DNA of 51,114 nt from an uncultured Phycisphaeraceae bacterium (GTDB lineage Bacteria; Planctomycetota; Phycisphaerae; Phycisphaerales; UBA1924): assembly GCA_964399625.1 (NCBI GenBank), contig CAYNSB010000028.1, forward strand, positions 1-51,114. The letters run 5' to 3'. Below are positions 16,473 through 26,629 of this stretch, in pieces. A program made the position numbers and the translations under genes. A model generated the notes under the pieces. The model was not told the DNA's origin and ran no database searches. It worked only from the letters and a program-made list of their open reading frames with translations. Positions within the stretch are counted from its first letter, which is position 1. Every line of letters starts with the position of its first letter.

Positions 16473-19400
16473 TTGCTCGGCTCTTCGCCCATGCACGACT
16501 CGCCCGACAGCACCCCGTCCCTCGGCTCGCGCGTGTCGGGCATCGAGTCGCGCCTGCGGACGGTGCGCGCCCGGGCCCGCACGCTGCTTATCGCCTCGGG
16601 CCTGGCGAGCGTCGCGACGATCGTGATCGGGTCGCTGGTGCTCGCGGCGTTCCTTGATTACCTCGTGCGCTCGCCCGATTGGCTTCGCCTCGCGCTGTGG
16701 ATCGCCGGGGCGCTGGGGCTCGTGTGGCTCGTGCGCCGGCACGTGCGCCCGGCGTGGGGCTTCCGCCCCGATCTCTCGCAGGTCGCGCTGCGCCTGGAGC
16801 GCTCCGACGCCGGGCGTGCCGCGGGGCTGGAGGGCCTGCTCACCTCCGGGCTCGAGCTGGCAAAGGAACTCGACGCCGCGCCGGGCCCGGCGACGACGCG
16901 GGCGCTGGGGACTTCGGTCGTCGCCCGGGCGGTGGACTCGTTCGCCGGCGTGCGGGCGGGCGCGCTGCTCGATCTGCGCGGGGCGCGCCGGCACGTGCTG
17001 GCGATGCTCGCGTGCGTCGCGGGCGCCGTGGGCATCATCGCGGCGGTGGGCCCCACGCCCACGCGCACCGCGCTGACGCGCCTGCTGGCCCCCTGGGCCG
17101 GGGCGCAGTGGCCCAAGCGCACCGAGATCGTCGATGCGACCCGCCTGACGGTGCACCCGCTGGGCGCGGCGATCCCCCTGCGCGCGGCGCTCACGCACTC
17201 GGACCGCCCCGAGGGGCAGGCCCGCATCACCGCCAGCTATCGCGTCGTCACCGACGGCACGCCCGGGCCCACGCGCCAGGTCCTGCTCACGGGGCAGCGC
17301 CGCACGATCTCTCTGCCCGACGAGGGGCGGGCGCCCATCTCGGGCGAGCTGTACGAGCGCCTGATCGACGCGGAGGTCGCCGTCGCGCCCGGCGTGCATT
17401 CGCTGGAGTACTGGCTCACCTCCGACGATGACGCGACCCCGCGGACGCGGGTGCTGCTGGTCGAGCCGCCGGCCGTCGTCGCCGCCAGCGCGACCATCAC
17501 GCCCCCCGAGTACGCCCGCCCGCTGCTGTCGAGCGAGGGGGCGCGGTTCGCCTCGGGGCAGCGCGAGCTGGGCACGGGCACGGACCAGCGGGCCGTGGTG
17601 GGCCCGATCCTTGCCGGCTCGTCCGTCGAGCTCACGATCGCGTTCAACAAGCCCGTCCGTTCGCCCGGCGAGGTGGACCGCGAGGCGCTGGCCCGGTTCC
17701 TCAACCAGGTGTTCCGCGGGGCGGACCTGGGCACGATCGAGCGCGCCTCGTTCACGCCCGCCGCGTGGACGATCGTCTTCTCGCCGCGGGCGAGCCTGCG
17801 CCTCCCCGTGTACGCCAGCGACGAGCACGGGCTGGCGACCCGCGAGGAGGGCGCGTTCTCCTTCGACCTCGCGGAGGACAAGCCGCCCAGCGTGTCGGTG
17901 ATGGAGCCGCGCGAGGACGAGTCGGTGCTCCCCGGCGCGAGCATCGGGGTAACGGGCGAGGCGCGGGACGATGTGGGCATCGGCTCGCTCGTGCTCACGC
18001 GCCAGAGGGCCACCCCGCCCGCGGGCACCACCAGCAAGGTGCCCGAGCTCACGGGCGATCCCGAGACGTTCGCCTCGCTGCCCGAGGGCGCGCCCCAGCC
18101 CGGGGCCCGCAGCGTCCACGCGACGCTCGAATTGGCGGGGCTGGACCTGAAGCCGGGCGATGAGGTCTGGCTCCACGCGATCGCGCAGGACACCTACGCC
18201 GCGCGCACCGACTCGGGCGAGGCCCGCCACGATCCGGTGCGCTCCAGCCCGCGCAAGCTCCGCATCATCCGCGAGGAGGAGCTGGTCGCGCAGATCCGCC
18301 AGGAGCTCTCGGGCGTGCGCAAGGCCGCGCTCCGCCTGGACGCCGAGCAGGGCGACCTGCGCAAGAGCGTGGACCAGGGCGCGGTGACGAGCGAGGAGCG
18401 TCGCCGCCAGGCCGGGCTGACACAACGCCTGTCGCAGCAGCGTGAGGTGGTGGACCGTCTGTCGCAGCGGACCGAGCGCAACCGCCTGAGCGACCAGACG
18501 CTCAAGGACCTTCTGGGCGAGTTGTCGTCGTCGTTCGACGCCGCCGCGAGCCCCTCGGAGCGTGCCGCGGGACAGATGGACCAGCAGGCCCGTGCCCAGG
18601 CGCCCGCGGGGCAGCCCGAGGCCGAGCGCGCCGAACTGCCCGAGCGCGAGCGGGCGTCGATCGCCAAGGACCAGGACGCGGTGCGCGAGCAGCTCGCGCG
18701 CGTCGCCGAGCTGCTCGACAAGGGCGAGGACTCCTGGCTCGTCGGGCGCACGCTCCAGAAACTCCTCGACCAGCAGCGCTCGTTGCAGTCGCAGACCCGG
18801 CGCGCCGCCGAGCGCTCCCAGGGCAAGCGTCCCGCGGACCTCACGCCCCAGGAGCGCGGGCTGCTCGAGCAGCTCGCGGACCAGCAGCGTCGTCTCGCCG
18901 AGCAGGCGCGCTCCGCCCTGGACCAGCTCTCGCAGCGCTCCAAGCAGATGCAGTCCGTGGACACCGCGCAGTCCCAGGCGATGAAGCAGGCCGAGCAGCG
19001 CGGGCGTCAGCAGCAGCTCGAGCAGAAGATGTCCGAGGCCGCGCGCAACGTCGAGAAGAACCAGACGAGCTCGGCCGACGCCCAGCAGCAGGAGGCGACG
19101 AACGCCCTCGAGCAGATGCTCCAGGATCTGAACAACGCGCAGAAGAACCGCGACGCCGCCCTGCGTCGCATCCTCGCCTCGCTCATCGAGTCTCTGCAGC
19201 GGCTCGTGGCGGACCAGGAGTCGCAGCTTGCGGCGCTGGACAAGGGCATCGAGGGCGGCGCGCTCGACGGGCTCGCGCCCCCGCTCATCGCGCTCAATCG
19301 CGCGACGCTGGGAGCCGCGGAGCAGGCCCGGGGCGACAAGGCCTTCGCCGCGCTCGCCAAGATCATCGAGCTCGCCGCCGACGCCCAGGGCAAGGGCGTC

Positions 19401-20180
19401 TCGGCCCTCCGCGCCGCGCCCGTCGATGCCAAGCTCGCGCAGGAGCAGGAGCGCGAGAGCCTCCGCCAGCTCCGCCTGGCGCTCGAGCAGGCGCAGCGCC
19501 TGCAGCAGAAGCAGCAGCAGAACGAGCAGGACCAGAAGCGCCAGCAGCTCCGCGCGATCTACCGCGAGCTGCTCGAGACGCAAGTCGCCCTCAAGGGCGA
19601 GGTCGATCCATTCACCGGAAAGCCCCTGGAGCGCCGCGATCGCATCGCCCTGCGCGCCCTGGGCGAACGCCAGGAGCAGATCCAGAAGAAGCTCGCCGAG
19701 ACCCGCGCGATGAGCCAGGACATGCAGGACGCCGGCGTCATCCAGCTCGCGCACGACCGCCTCGACGCCGCGACGGGCGTCGCCGCCAAGAAGCTCAAGA
19801 ACGGGTCCGCCGACGCGTCGGTCGCCCGCAACCAGGACTCGGCGATCCGCGTGCTCAAGGCGCTCGTGGAGGCCCTGGACGATCGCGCCAAGGACAACGA
19901 CGAGTTCCAGGACGAGTCGCAGGGCGGCGGCGGGGGACAGAACGGACAGGGACAGAAGCCCCCGCTGGTGCCCCCGCTCGCGGAACTTCGCCTGCTCCGC
20001 TCCATGCAGCAGGAGATCGGCGAACGCACCCGCGCGACCGACGAATCACCCGATGCCGACGAGCTGCGCCGCCTGGGCGACGACCAGCAGAAGCTCTTCG
20101 ATCGGGGCAACGAGCTGATCGAGAAGCTCAAGAAGCAGCAGGGCGGGCCCGAAACGCCCAAGGAACCCAAGGGAGACTGA
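16473..20180 (+). CDS. Large (1235 aa) membrane-anchored protein with a roughly 500-aa Gln/Glu/Arg/Ala-rich coiled coil; DUF4175-like
   Basis: Two N-terminal TMs, a beta-rich middle, then a long coiled coil (…QQQQNEQDQKRQQLRAIYRELLETQ…) and a Gly/Gln-rich tail. The architecture matches the DUF4175 proteins found beside BatA genes. Confidence 0.5.
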   Translation: MLGSSPMHDSPDSTPSLGSRVSGIESRLRTVRARARTLLIASGLASVATIVIGSLVLAAFLDYLVRSPDWLRLALWIAGALGLVWLVRRHVRPAWGFRPDLSQVALRLERSDAGRAAGLEGLLTSGLELAKELDAAPGPATTRALGTSVVARAVDSFAGVRAGALLDLRGARRHVLAMLACVAGAVGIIAAVGPTPTRTALTRLLAPWAGAQWPKRTEIVDATRLTVHPLGAAIPLRAALTHSDRPEGQARITASYRVVTDGTPGPTRQVLLTGQRRTISLPDEGRAPISGELYERLIDAEVAVAPGVHSLEYWLTSDDDATPRTRVLLVEPPAVVAASATITPPEYARPLLSSEGARFASGQRELGTGTDQRAVVGPILAGSSVELTIAFNKPVRSPGEVDREALARFLNQVFRGADLGTIERASFTPAAWTIVFSPRASLRLPVYASDEHGLATREEGAFSFDLAEDKPPSVSVMEPREDESVLPGASIGVTGEARDDVGIGSLVLTRQRATPPAGTTSKVPELTGDPETFASLPEGAPQPGARSVHATLELAGLDLKPGDEVWLHAIAQDTYAARTDSGEARHDPVRSSPRKLRIIREEELVAQIRQELSGVRKAALRLDAEQGDLRKSVDQGAVTSEERRRQAGLTQRLSQQREVVDRLSQRTERNRLSDQTLKDLLGELSSSFDAAASPSERAAGQMDQQARAQAPAGQPEAERAELPERERASIAKDQDAVREQLARVAELLDKGEDSWLVGRTLQKLLDQQRSLQSQTRRAAERSQGKRPADLTPQERGLLEQLADQQRRLAEQARSALDQLSQRSKQMQSVDTAQSQAMKQAEQRGRQQQLEQKMSEAARNVEKNQTSSADAQQQEATNALEQMLQDLNNAQKNRDAALRRILASLIESLQRLVADQESQLAALDKGIEGGALDGLAPPLIALNRATLGAAEQARGDKAFAALAKIIELAADAQGKGVSALRAAPVDAKLAQEQERESLRQLRLALEQAQRLQQKQQQNEQDQKRQQLRAIYRELLETQVALKGEVDPFTGKPLERRDRIALRALGERQEQIQKKLAETRAMSQDMQDAGVIQLAHDRLDAATGVAAKKLKNGSADASVARNQDSAIRVLKALVEALDDRAKDNDEFQDESQGGGGGQNGQGQKPPLVPPLAELRLLRSMQQEIGERTRATDESPDADELRRLGDDQQKLFDRGNELIEKLKKQQGGPETPKEPKGD

Positions 20181-20184
20181 TCCC

Positions 20185-20970
20185 GTGAGCCGCGCGCCGC
20201 AGAACGCCCGTGCCCTCGACGCCCGCACACAGCCGCGGCTGGCGTGCGCCCGCGTCGCGCTGCTGGCTCTGCTCTGCGCGGGCGCGGCGCACACGGGCTT
20301 CGCCCAGCCCGCGCCCCCCGCCGCTCCCGCCCCGGCCAAGGCCCCCGATCCCACGCTCGATGAGCTGCTGGGCATCGCGCCCAAGAAGCCCGACGCCAAA
20401 CCCACCGACGCCAAGCCCGAGGCCAAGCCCGAGGCCAAGCCCGATACGAAGCCGGCGCTCCCCGACGCCACGGCCCTGGACCTTCAGCGCAAGCTGTCGC
20501 CCGAGGAATCCAAGGAGAAGTTCGAGGAAGCGATCGCGCTCATGGGCGACACCGCCCAGCGCCTGCAGAAGGGCAAGGACACCTCCCTCGCGACCCAGCG
20601 CATCCAGGAGGACATCGTCCGTCGGCTCGACATGGTCATCCGCCAGGCCGAGCAGAACAAGAAGCAGAGCAAGAGCCAGTCCAAGTCCTCCCGCTCGCAG
20701 CAGCAGGACCCCTCGTCGCAGCAGCAGCAGGGGCAGCAGCGTCGCCAGGACGATCGGCACAACTCCGACTCGCGCGACAACCTGGACCCGCCCGCGGCCC
20801 GCCCCGCCGAGCTTAATCCCGAGCTGACCGCCCGCGGGCAGGCGTGGGGCGCGCTCCCGCAGCGCGTGCGCGACGCGCTCCTGCAGGGCACGAGCGACAA
20901 GTACAGCACGCTCTACCAGCGCTGGACCGAGCAGTACTACCGCAAGCTCGCCGAGGAAGGAAAGAAGTAG
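20185..20970 (+). CDS. Secreted low-complexity protein (signal peptide, KP/AKPE repeats, Gln/Ser-rich region)
   Basis: LALLCAGAAHTGFAQ signal; PKKPDAKPTDAKPEAKPEAKPDTKP repeats; SRSQQQDPSSQQQQGQQRRQ. 5-nt gap after the upstream gene. Confidence 0.5.
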   Translation: MSRAPQNARALDARTQPRLACARVALLALLCAGAAHTGFAQPAPPAAPAPAKAPDPTLDELLGIAPKKPDAKPTDAKPEAKPEAKPDTKPALPDATALDLQRKLSPEESKEKFEEAIALMGDTAQRLQKGKDTSLATQRIQEDIVRRLDMVIRQAEQNKKQSKSQSKSSRSQQQDPSSQQQQGQQRRQDDRHNSDSRDNLDPPAARPAELNPELTARGQAWGALPQRVRDALLQGTSDKYSTLYQRWTEQYYRKLAEEGKK

Positions 20971-21042
20971 CGATCGATCGAGCCATCATCGCAGATCACC
21001 GCAGAGATCGCAGAGAAAACGCAGAACCCAGCCACTCCAACG

Positions 21043-22209
21043 ATGCGCCCCCTCAACACAACTGCTTTGCGTCTTCTCTGCGCCCTGTGCGTCTCTGCGG
21101 CGAGCCTCGCCCAGCCCGAGGCGCCCCCGCCCGCCGAAGGCAAACCCGCCGAGAGCAAGCCGGCGGAGCCCAAGCCCGAGCCGTCCAAGGACAACCCCAT
21201 CAAGGCCGAGCCCGAGCGCGCCCACGGCGCCAGCGCCCAGAACGCGGCCCTGGCCAACGAGATCACCCCGGAGTTGACCGCCGCGGTCACCAAGGGCGTG
21301 GAGTATCTCGTCAAGCAGCAGGGCCCCGACGGCGCGTTCGGCGATGGTCGGTTCGGGCGCAACGTCGCCGTCACCTCGCTCGCCTCCATCGCCGTGATGG
21401 CCGATGGAAACCTCCCCGGGCGCGGGCCGCACGGCGACGCGATCTCCCGCGCCGTGGACTACGTCCTGCAGAACGCCACCGAGTCCGGGCTCATCGCGTC
21501 GGACTCGTCCTCCGGGCCGATGTACGGGCACGGGTTCGCGACGCTCTTCCTGGGCGAGGTCTATGGCATGACCGCCGGCGGGGGCGACAACGCCCAGTCC
21601 CACAAGCTCCACGAGGCGCTCGTCAAGGCGGTGCACCTCATCGAGCAGACCCAGAACGAGCAGGGCGGATGGCGGTACAACCCCGTGCCCTACGACGCGG
21701 ACGTCTCCGTCACGATCTGCCAGATCATGGCCCTGCGCTCGGCCCGCAACGCCGGCATCGAGGTCGCCAAGGACACCGTCGATCGCGCCGTGGACTACGT
21801 CCGCCGATGCCAGAACGCCGACGGCGGATTCCGCTACCAGCTCGACCTGGGCCCCTCGGCCTGGCCGCGATCGGCCGCCGGCGTCGCCACCTTCTTCTAC
21901 GCGGGAATCTACGAGGACAAGGCGATCGATTCGGGGCTCGAGTACATCGCGCGCGAGGCGACGCCCGGCGTGACCAACCCCGGGCGCGCCCACTACTGGT
22001 ACGGGCACTACTACTCCGTGCAGGCGATGTACCTCGCGGGCGGGCCCGCCTGGGCCCGATGGTGGCCCGCGGTCCGCGATGAGCTCCTCCGCGCCCAGCA
22101 GGACGACGGACACTGGGAGGACCGTGCCGTGGGCGACGTCTATGGCACCTCCATGGCGCTGATCGTCCTGCAAATGCCCAAGCGCTATCTGCCGATCTTC
22201 CAGAAATGA
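21043..22209 (+). CDS. Secreted prenyltransferase/squalene-oxidase-repeat protein (terpene-cyclase alpha-alpha toroid fold)
   Basis: Signal peptide, then repeated QxxDGGW/QNADGGF-type motifs (VKQQGPDGAFGD, QNEQGGWRYNP, CQNADGGFRYQ, AQQDDGHWED). Confidence 0.65.
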   Translation: MRPLNTTALRLLCALCVSAASLAQPEAPPPAEGKPAESKPAEPKPEPSKDNPIKAEPERAHGASAQNAALANEITPELTAAVTKGVEYLVKQQGPDGAFGDGRFGRNVAVTSLASIAVMADGNLPGRGPHGDAISRAVDYVLQNATESGLIASDSSSGPMYGHGFATLFLGEVYGMTAGGGDNAQSHKLHEALVKAVHLIEQTQNEQGGWRYNPVPYDADVSVTICQIMALRSARNAGIEVAKDTVDRAVDYVRRCQNADGGFRYQLDLGPSAWPRSAAGVATFFYAGIYEDKAIDSGLEYIAREATPGVTNPGRAHYWYGHYYSVQAMYLAGGPAWARWWPAVRDELLRAQQDDGHWEDRAVGDVYGTSMALIVLQMPKRYLPIFQK

Positions 22210-23450
22210 GACGCCCCACCCGCAACCTTCTGATCATGCTGGCGCTCGCCGGAGGCGCGCACGCCGAGCCCGCCGGCGTGCCGCGCCTGCTGCTCGACGC
22301 GCAGCTCCGCACCACGCGCGTCACCCTGCGCGCGATCGATGCACGCACCATCACCTACGCCGATGAGCGCGGGCTCGTGCGCACCGAGCCCTTCGCGGAC
22401 TACCTGGCGATCCTGGACCCCGCGCCCGCCGCGTCCCGCACCGCCCCGGCCCCCAAGCCCCCGCCGCCCGAGCCCGCGGGCGATGACGCGGAGGGGACCC
22501 CGCCCGCGGCCCCCGCGCCGGCCGAGCCTGCCGCCCACGCCAGCGTCGAGATCGAGCTCGTCGATCGCCAGCGCCTGGTCGGGGTGCTGCGCCCCAGCGT
22601 GGGCGAGACGATCACGCTGCGTCACCCGCAGCTGGGCGATCTCACCATGCCGCTCGATCGCGCGCGGGTCGTCCGCGTGAACCCCGACGCGTCCGTCGAT
22701 GATCCGCCGGGCGATCCCGCGGGCGATGCGGTGCTGCTGGGCAACGGCGATCGTCTCACGGGCGTGGTCGAGAGCATCGCCCAGACGCTGCGCCTGGAGA
22801 CCGCCGGATCGACGCGCGAGATCCCGCTCGAGCGCGTCTCCCGCGTCGTGCTGGCGAGCACGCCCACGCAGCGCCAGGGGCTGCTCGTGTGGCTCGCCGA
22901 TGGGTCCGTGGTCGCGTGCGAGGAGGTGCGCACGACGCGCCTGGGCGAGGTGGAGCTGCGCCCGACGCTCGCGCCCGCGGGCACCGCCCCCGAGCCGATT
23001 CGATTGGAAGATGTGACCGCGGTGGCGTTCCGGGCCGAGTCGCTCTGGGCGCTAGCGCAGAGCCCGCCCGTGGCGGTGCGTCCGGCGGAGGGGCGGCGCT
23101 GGGCCCCACCGCCGCGCGTGGGCGGGCGCGCACCGCTGGATGTCGCGGACGTCGAGCTGGCGGGCCCGGGCACGTTCGAGTGGGACGTGCCCGAGGGAGC
23201 GACGCGGTTCGCCACGTCGCTGGAGCTGCCGCGCGGGGCCCGCACGTGGGGGCAGGCGCGGGTGCGAGTGCTTGGCGATGGCAAGGAACTCGCCTCGTGC
23301 GCGCTCACGGGCGATCGCCCCCAGGCGAGCGTGGGCGTGGCCTTGGCGCACGTGTCGCGTCTGTCGATCGTGGTCGAGTCCGGCGAGCTTGGCCCAGTGC
23401 AGAACCGCGCGACGCTGCGCGGGGCGATGTTCCTCGTGGAACACCAGTGA
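22206..23450 (+). CDS. Secreted hypothetical protein with a possible C-terminal NPCBM-like beta-sandwich domain
   Basis: Signal peptide (LLIMLALAGGAHA). The C-terminal roughly 130 aa (…ELAGPGTFEWDVPEGATRFATSLELP…VRVLGDGKEL…) is NPCBM/NEW2-like. Start overlaps the upstream stop by 4 nt. Confidence 0.35.
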   Translation: MRRPTRNLLIMLALAGGAHAEPAGVPRLLLDAQLRTTRVTLRAIDARTITYADERGLVRTEPFADYLAILDPAPAASRTAPAPKPPPPEPAGDDAEGTPPAAPAPAEPAAHASVEIELVDRQRLVGVLRPSVGETITLRHPQLGDLTMPLDRARVVRVNPDASVDDPPGDPAGDAVLLGNGDRLTGVVESIAQTLRLETAGSTREIPLERVSRVVLASTPTQRQGLLVWLADGSVVACEEVRTTRLGEVELRPTLAPAGTAPEPIRLEDVTAVAFRAESLWALAQSPPVAVRPAEGRRWAPPPRVGGRAPLDVADVELAGPGTFEWDVPEGATRFATSLELPRGARTWGQARVRVLGDGKELASCALTGDRPQASVGVALAHVSRLSIVVESGELGPVQNRATLRGAMFLVEHQ

Positions 23451-23474
23451 CGTTGCTCGTGCGCAGGCCGGGCG

Positions 23475-24473
23475 TCAGTGGGCGATCTTCATCGCTTTGG
23501 CCATGGCCTTGCCCATGTCGGCGGGGCTGAGGGCGACCTCCACGCCCGCGCTCTGCAGGGCCTTGATCTTGGCGTCGGCGGTGTCGTCGGCCCCGCCGAT
23601 GATCGCGCCGGCGTGGCCCATCCGCCGGCCCGGCGGCGCTGTGCGACCCGCGATGAACGCCGCGACGGGCTTCTTGATGTTCGCCTTGATGTAGTTCGCG
23701 GCGTCGATCTCGTCGGTCCCGCCGATCTCGCCGATCATCAGGATCGCGTGCGTGTCGGGGTCCGCGTTCATGAGCGCGAGCGTGTCCACGTGCGAGAGCC
23801 CGCGGACCGGGTCGCCCCCGATGCCCACGCACGTGCTCTGCGCGAGCCCGAGGGCGGAGGTCTGCCACACGGCCTCGTAGGTGAGCGTGCCCGATCGGCT
23901 CACGATGCCCACGCTCTTGCCCAGCTTCGCCTGCGAGATGTGGGTGTGGATGTACCCGGGCATGATGCCGATCTTGCAGCCCGCGTTGGTGTACGGGTCC
24001 TTGGCGCTGGTGCCTGAGCCGGTCTTGGGCCCGGGCGTGATGACGCCGGGACAGTTGGGCCCGACGAGCGTGAGCGGCTGCTCCTTGCGCGCGGCGCGCT
24101 CGAGGTTGATGCGATCGATCTCGGCCCGGACCTTGATCATGTCCTGGACCGGCACGCCCTCGGTGATGGCGCAGATGACGGGTATGCCCGCGGCCGCAGC
24201 CTCAAGGATCGCGTCGGCGCAGAGCCCGGGCGGAACAAAGATCATCGTGGCGTCGGCGCCCGTGGCCTTCACGGCTCGCTCGACGGTGTCATAGATGGGC
24301 ACGCCCCCGCCCGCGGCGCCCTCGACGGGGAAGGTCTGCCCGCCCTTGCCGGGCGTGACCCCGGCGACCATGCGTGTGCCGTAGAGGGCGCAGCCGGTGG
24401 TGTGCTGGGCGCCGAAGGCGCCGGTGATGCCCTGGCAGAGGACGCGGGTTTGAGCGTGGACGAGGATGGCCAT
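23475..24473 (-). CDS. sucD: Succinate--CoA ligase [ADP-forming] alpha subunit
   Basis: [21 protein letters not shown]... CoA-binding N-terminus and the ...GHAGAIIGG... phosphohistidine loop. The ORF track extends this frame 289 codons upstream into an Arg/Pro-rich non-protein-like read-through. The real start is taken at the MAILVH Met; the exact start coordinate is ±1-2 nt uncertain. Confidence 0.85.
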   Translation of the reverse strand: MAILVHAQTRVLCQGITGAFGAQHTTGCALYGTRMVAGVTPGKGGQTFPVEGAAGGGVPIYDTVERAVKATGADATMIFVPPGLCADAILEAAAAGIPVICAITEGVPVQDMIKVRAEIDRINLERAARKEQPLTLVGPNCPGVITPGPKTGSGTSAKDPYTNAGCKIGIMPGYIHTHISQAKLGKSVGIVSRSGTLTYEAVWQTSALGLAQSTCVGIGGDPVRGLSHVDTLALMNADPDTHAILMIGEIGGTDEIDAANYIKANIKKPVAAFIAGRTAPPGRRMGHAGAIIGGADDTADAKIKALQSAGVEVALSPADMGKAMAKAMKIAH

Positions 24474-24484
24474 AAGGGTCCATC

Positions 24485-25462
24485 CTAGAGCGAGAGGGTC
24501 GATGCGGGCGCGCACTGGGCCAGCTCGCGTGCGATCGTCTCCCGGAGCCTGTCCTGGAACTCGGGGGTGAGGCGCTCCAGCGGGCGGGCGGCATCCCACC
24601 CGGGCTTGGTGAGCTGCGCCAGGCGCGCCAGCCCCAGGCGGTAGGACCAGGTCTGCCGGCGGCGGGTCCAGGTGCCGGCGCTGGCGCGCTCGCTGCGCGA
24701 CTCGGGCAGGGCCCCGCCGGGCTCGAGGGTGCGCAGGCGCGGCTGGTCGTCGGGCCAGATCCAGTAGGTCCAGTCGCGCTCCCAGTGCTCGCCGACGCGC
24801 CAGGCGTCGCGGACCTCCCCCACCATCGCGCGACGGACGGCGCAGCGGACGCGGACCTGCGCGACGTCGCGGCATCGGTAGTGGCGGACGGGGATGCGCT
24901 CGTAGGCCATGAGCCCCGGGTGCCACGGGGACATGCGCGTGATGGGCCAGCGCATGCCGCGCCGGTAACGGAACAGGCGGACCTCCGGGTACGGGTCGAG
25001 GTAGTAGCGGAGGCGGCGCTCGTGGATGGGGCGGGCGCGATCGGCGATGGACTCGCGCCCGGACTCCCACGCGGCGACGTCGGCGCGGGTCAGCACGAAC
25101 TCGTGCATGAGAACGCGGACCTGCGTCTCGCCCCACTCGAGGCGCTCGCGCACGAAGCGGGGCGGGGCGATCTCGAAGAACTCGTCGGCGTCGGGGCGGG
25201 CGATCCAGTCGCCGTCGCGGAAATGGGCGCGGGCGCGATCGAAGAGGTACGCGAGCAGCCCGTCGGAGTAGCGGAGGGGCTCGTACGCGATGGGACGGAC
25301 GCGCGGGTCCTCGCGGGCGATGGACTGCACGATGTCCCACGTGTCGTCGAGCGAGCCCATGTCCAGGACGTGGACGGCGTCGGCCCAGGCGAGGTGGTGG
25401 CGGAGGTTCTGGGCGATGATGTCGCCCTCGTCGCGGACGCGCATGATCGCGTGGAAGCGCAC
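24485..25462 (-). CDS. GT2-like glycosyltransferase, tandem paralog A
   Basis: [45 protein letters not shown] (DxGSxDxT nucleotide-sugar motif) and RPDADEFF (DxD). Lies in the 3' 325 codons of ORF 24485..26260; GTG start at 25462. Confidence 0.55.
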   Translation of the reverse strand: MRFHAIMRVRDEGDIIAQNLRHHLAWADAVHVLDMGSLDDTWDIVQSIAREDPRVRPIAYEPLRYSDGLLAYLFDRARAHFRDGDWIARPDADEFFEIAPPRFVRERLEWGETQVRVLMHEFVLTRADVAAWESGRESIADRARPIHERRLRYYLDPYPEVRLFRYRRGMRWPITRMSPWHPGLMAYERIPVRHYRCRDVAQVRVRCAVRRAMVGEVRDAWRVGEHWERDWTYWIWPDDQPRLRTLEPGGALPESRSERASAGTWTRRRQTWSYRLGLARLAQLTKPGWDAARPLERLTPEFQDRLRETIARELAQCAPASTLSL

Positions 25463-25493
25463 GGGCGGATGGTATGGGAGGCGGCGCGAACGC

Positions 25494-26507
25494 TCAGGGG
25501 CGCTGGGCCAGGGGCTCGCGGGCGGGCGGGACGACCACGCTCGCGATGGCCGGGGCGTGGGCGCGCTCGATGTCGCGGTACGCCCGGCGGAGGGACCTCT
25601 GCAGATCGTCGGGGACGGCCTCGGGGCGCAGCGGGCGGGCCCCCAGGGCGAGGATGGGGTCCAGCACGCGGACAAGGCCCGCGCGGTACAGCGCGCTCTG
25701 CAGGAGCTTGGCGCGCGGACGGGGCAGGTGGCACAAGTCGTCCTCGGGCATCCACAGCGGCGTGCCGGGGCGCCAGCGATGGCACACGCTCGTGCGCTCG
25801 TCGACGGCCCACTCGCGCCAGTCCTCCAGCGACCAGTGGGACTCGGGCTCGCGGCGGGCCAGGCGGTGCATGGCGCGGCGCAGGAGGCACCGCTGGGCGG
25901 CCTGGACGGGATCGCGCCAGCGGTAGTGGCGGACGATCGGACGCTCGCGCACGACCTGCCCGGCCATGCGCGGGAGCCAGCGCTCCCCGCCCCAGCACAT
26001 GGAGCGCCGGTAGCGGAAGAACCGCGCCTCGGGGAGCGGCTGGACGATGTACGTTCGTCGGCGGTCCTCGATGGGACGGGCGCGATCGACGAGCGACTCG
26101 CGCCCGGCCTCCCAAGCGTCGATGTCGTCGGTCGAGAGCATGAAGTCCGCGTGGCGGATGAAGATCCGCCCGTCGCGGCGCGAGACGCCGTCGCGCAGGA
26201 GCGGGCGAGGGTTCTCGTGGAAGAACTCGTCGGCGTCGGCGCGGAGGACCCAGTCGCCATCGTCGAACGTGTCGCGCGCGCGATCGAACAGCAGCCCGCG
26301 CACGCCCTGGCGGAAGACCATGGGCTCGCGCCAGTGGGGCACGACGCGGGCGTCGAGGCGGGCGATCTCGTTGACGATGTCCCAGGTGTTGTCGAGCGAG
26401 CCGGTGTCCAGCACGTGCACGGCGTCGGCCCACGACAGGAGGTGGGCGATATTCTGGGCGACGATGTCGCCCTCGTCGCGGAGGACCAGGATCGCGTGGA
26501 CCCTCAT
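25494..26507 (-). CDS. GT2-like glycosyltransferase, tandem paralog B
   Basis: [45 protein letters not shown]..., RADADEFF. Roughly 50 % identical to paralog A across the full length. Confidence 0.55.
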   Translation of the reverse strand: MRVHAILVLRDEGDIVAQNIAHLLSWADAVHVLDTGSLDNTWDIVNEIARLDARVVPHWREPMVFRQGVRGLLFDRARDTFDDGDWVLRADADEFFHENPRPLLRDGVSRRDGRIFIRHADFMLSTDDIDAWEAGRESLVDRARPIEDRRRTYIVQPLPEARFFRYRRSMCWGGERWLPRMAGQVVRERPIVRHYRWRDPVQAAQRCLLRRAMHRLARREPESHWSLEDWREWAVDERTSVCHRWRPGTPLWMPEDDLCHLPRPRAKLLQSALYRAGLVRVLDPILALGARPLRPEAVPDDLQRSLRRAYRDIERAHAPAIASVVVPPAREPLAQRP

Positions 26508-26629
26508 GCAACCACCATGCGAGCGGACCGCGGAACGACGCCACGACGGGGTGGCAATCCACTCAGCCTAACGCCGATGGAGGCGCGGGATTGCCGCGCG
26601 TGTCTGTTCGCGACGCGTTCGTGGGCCGC

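Noticed and set aside
23475-25340. 621-aa version of sucD in the ORF track
   Set aside because: The N-terminal 289 codons are Arg/Pro-rich nonsense overlapping the GT2-A gene. Homology starts exactly at [15 protein letters not shown]. It is called as a normal-length sucD instead. My manual reading of the text around 24471-24482 disagreed with the track by one base, so the start coordinate is ±1-2 nt uncertain.
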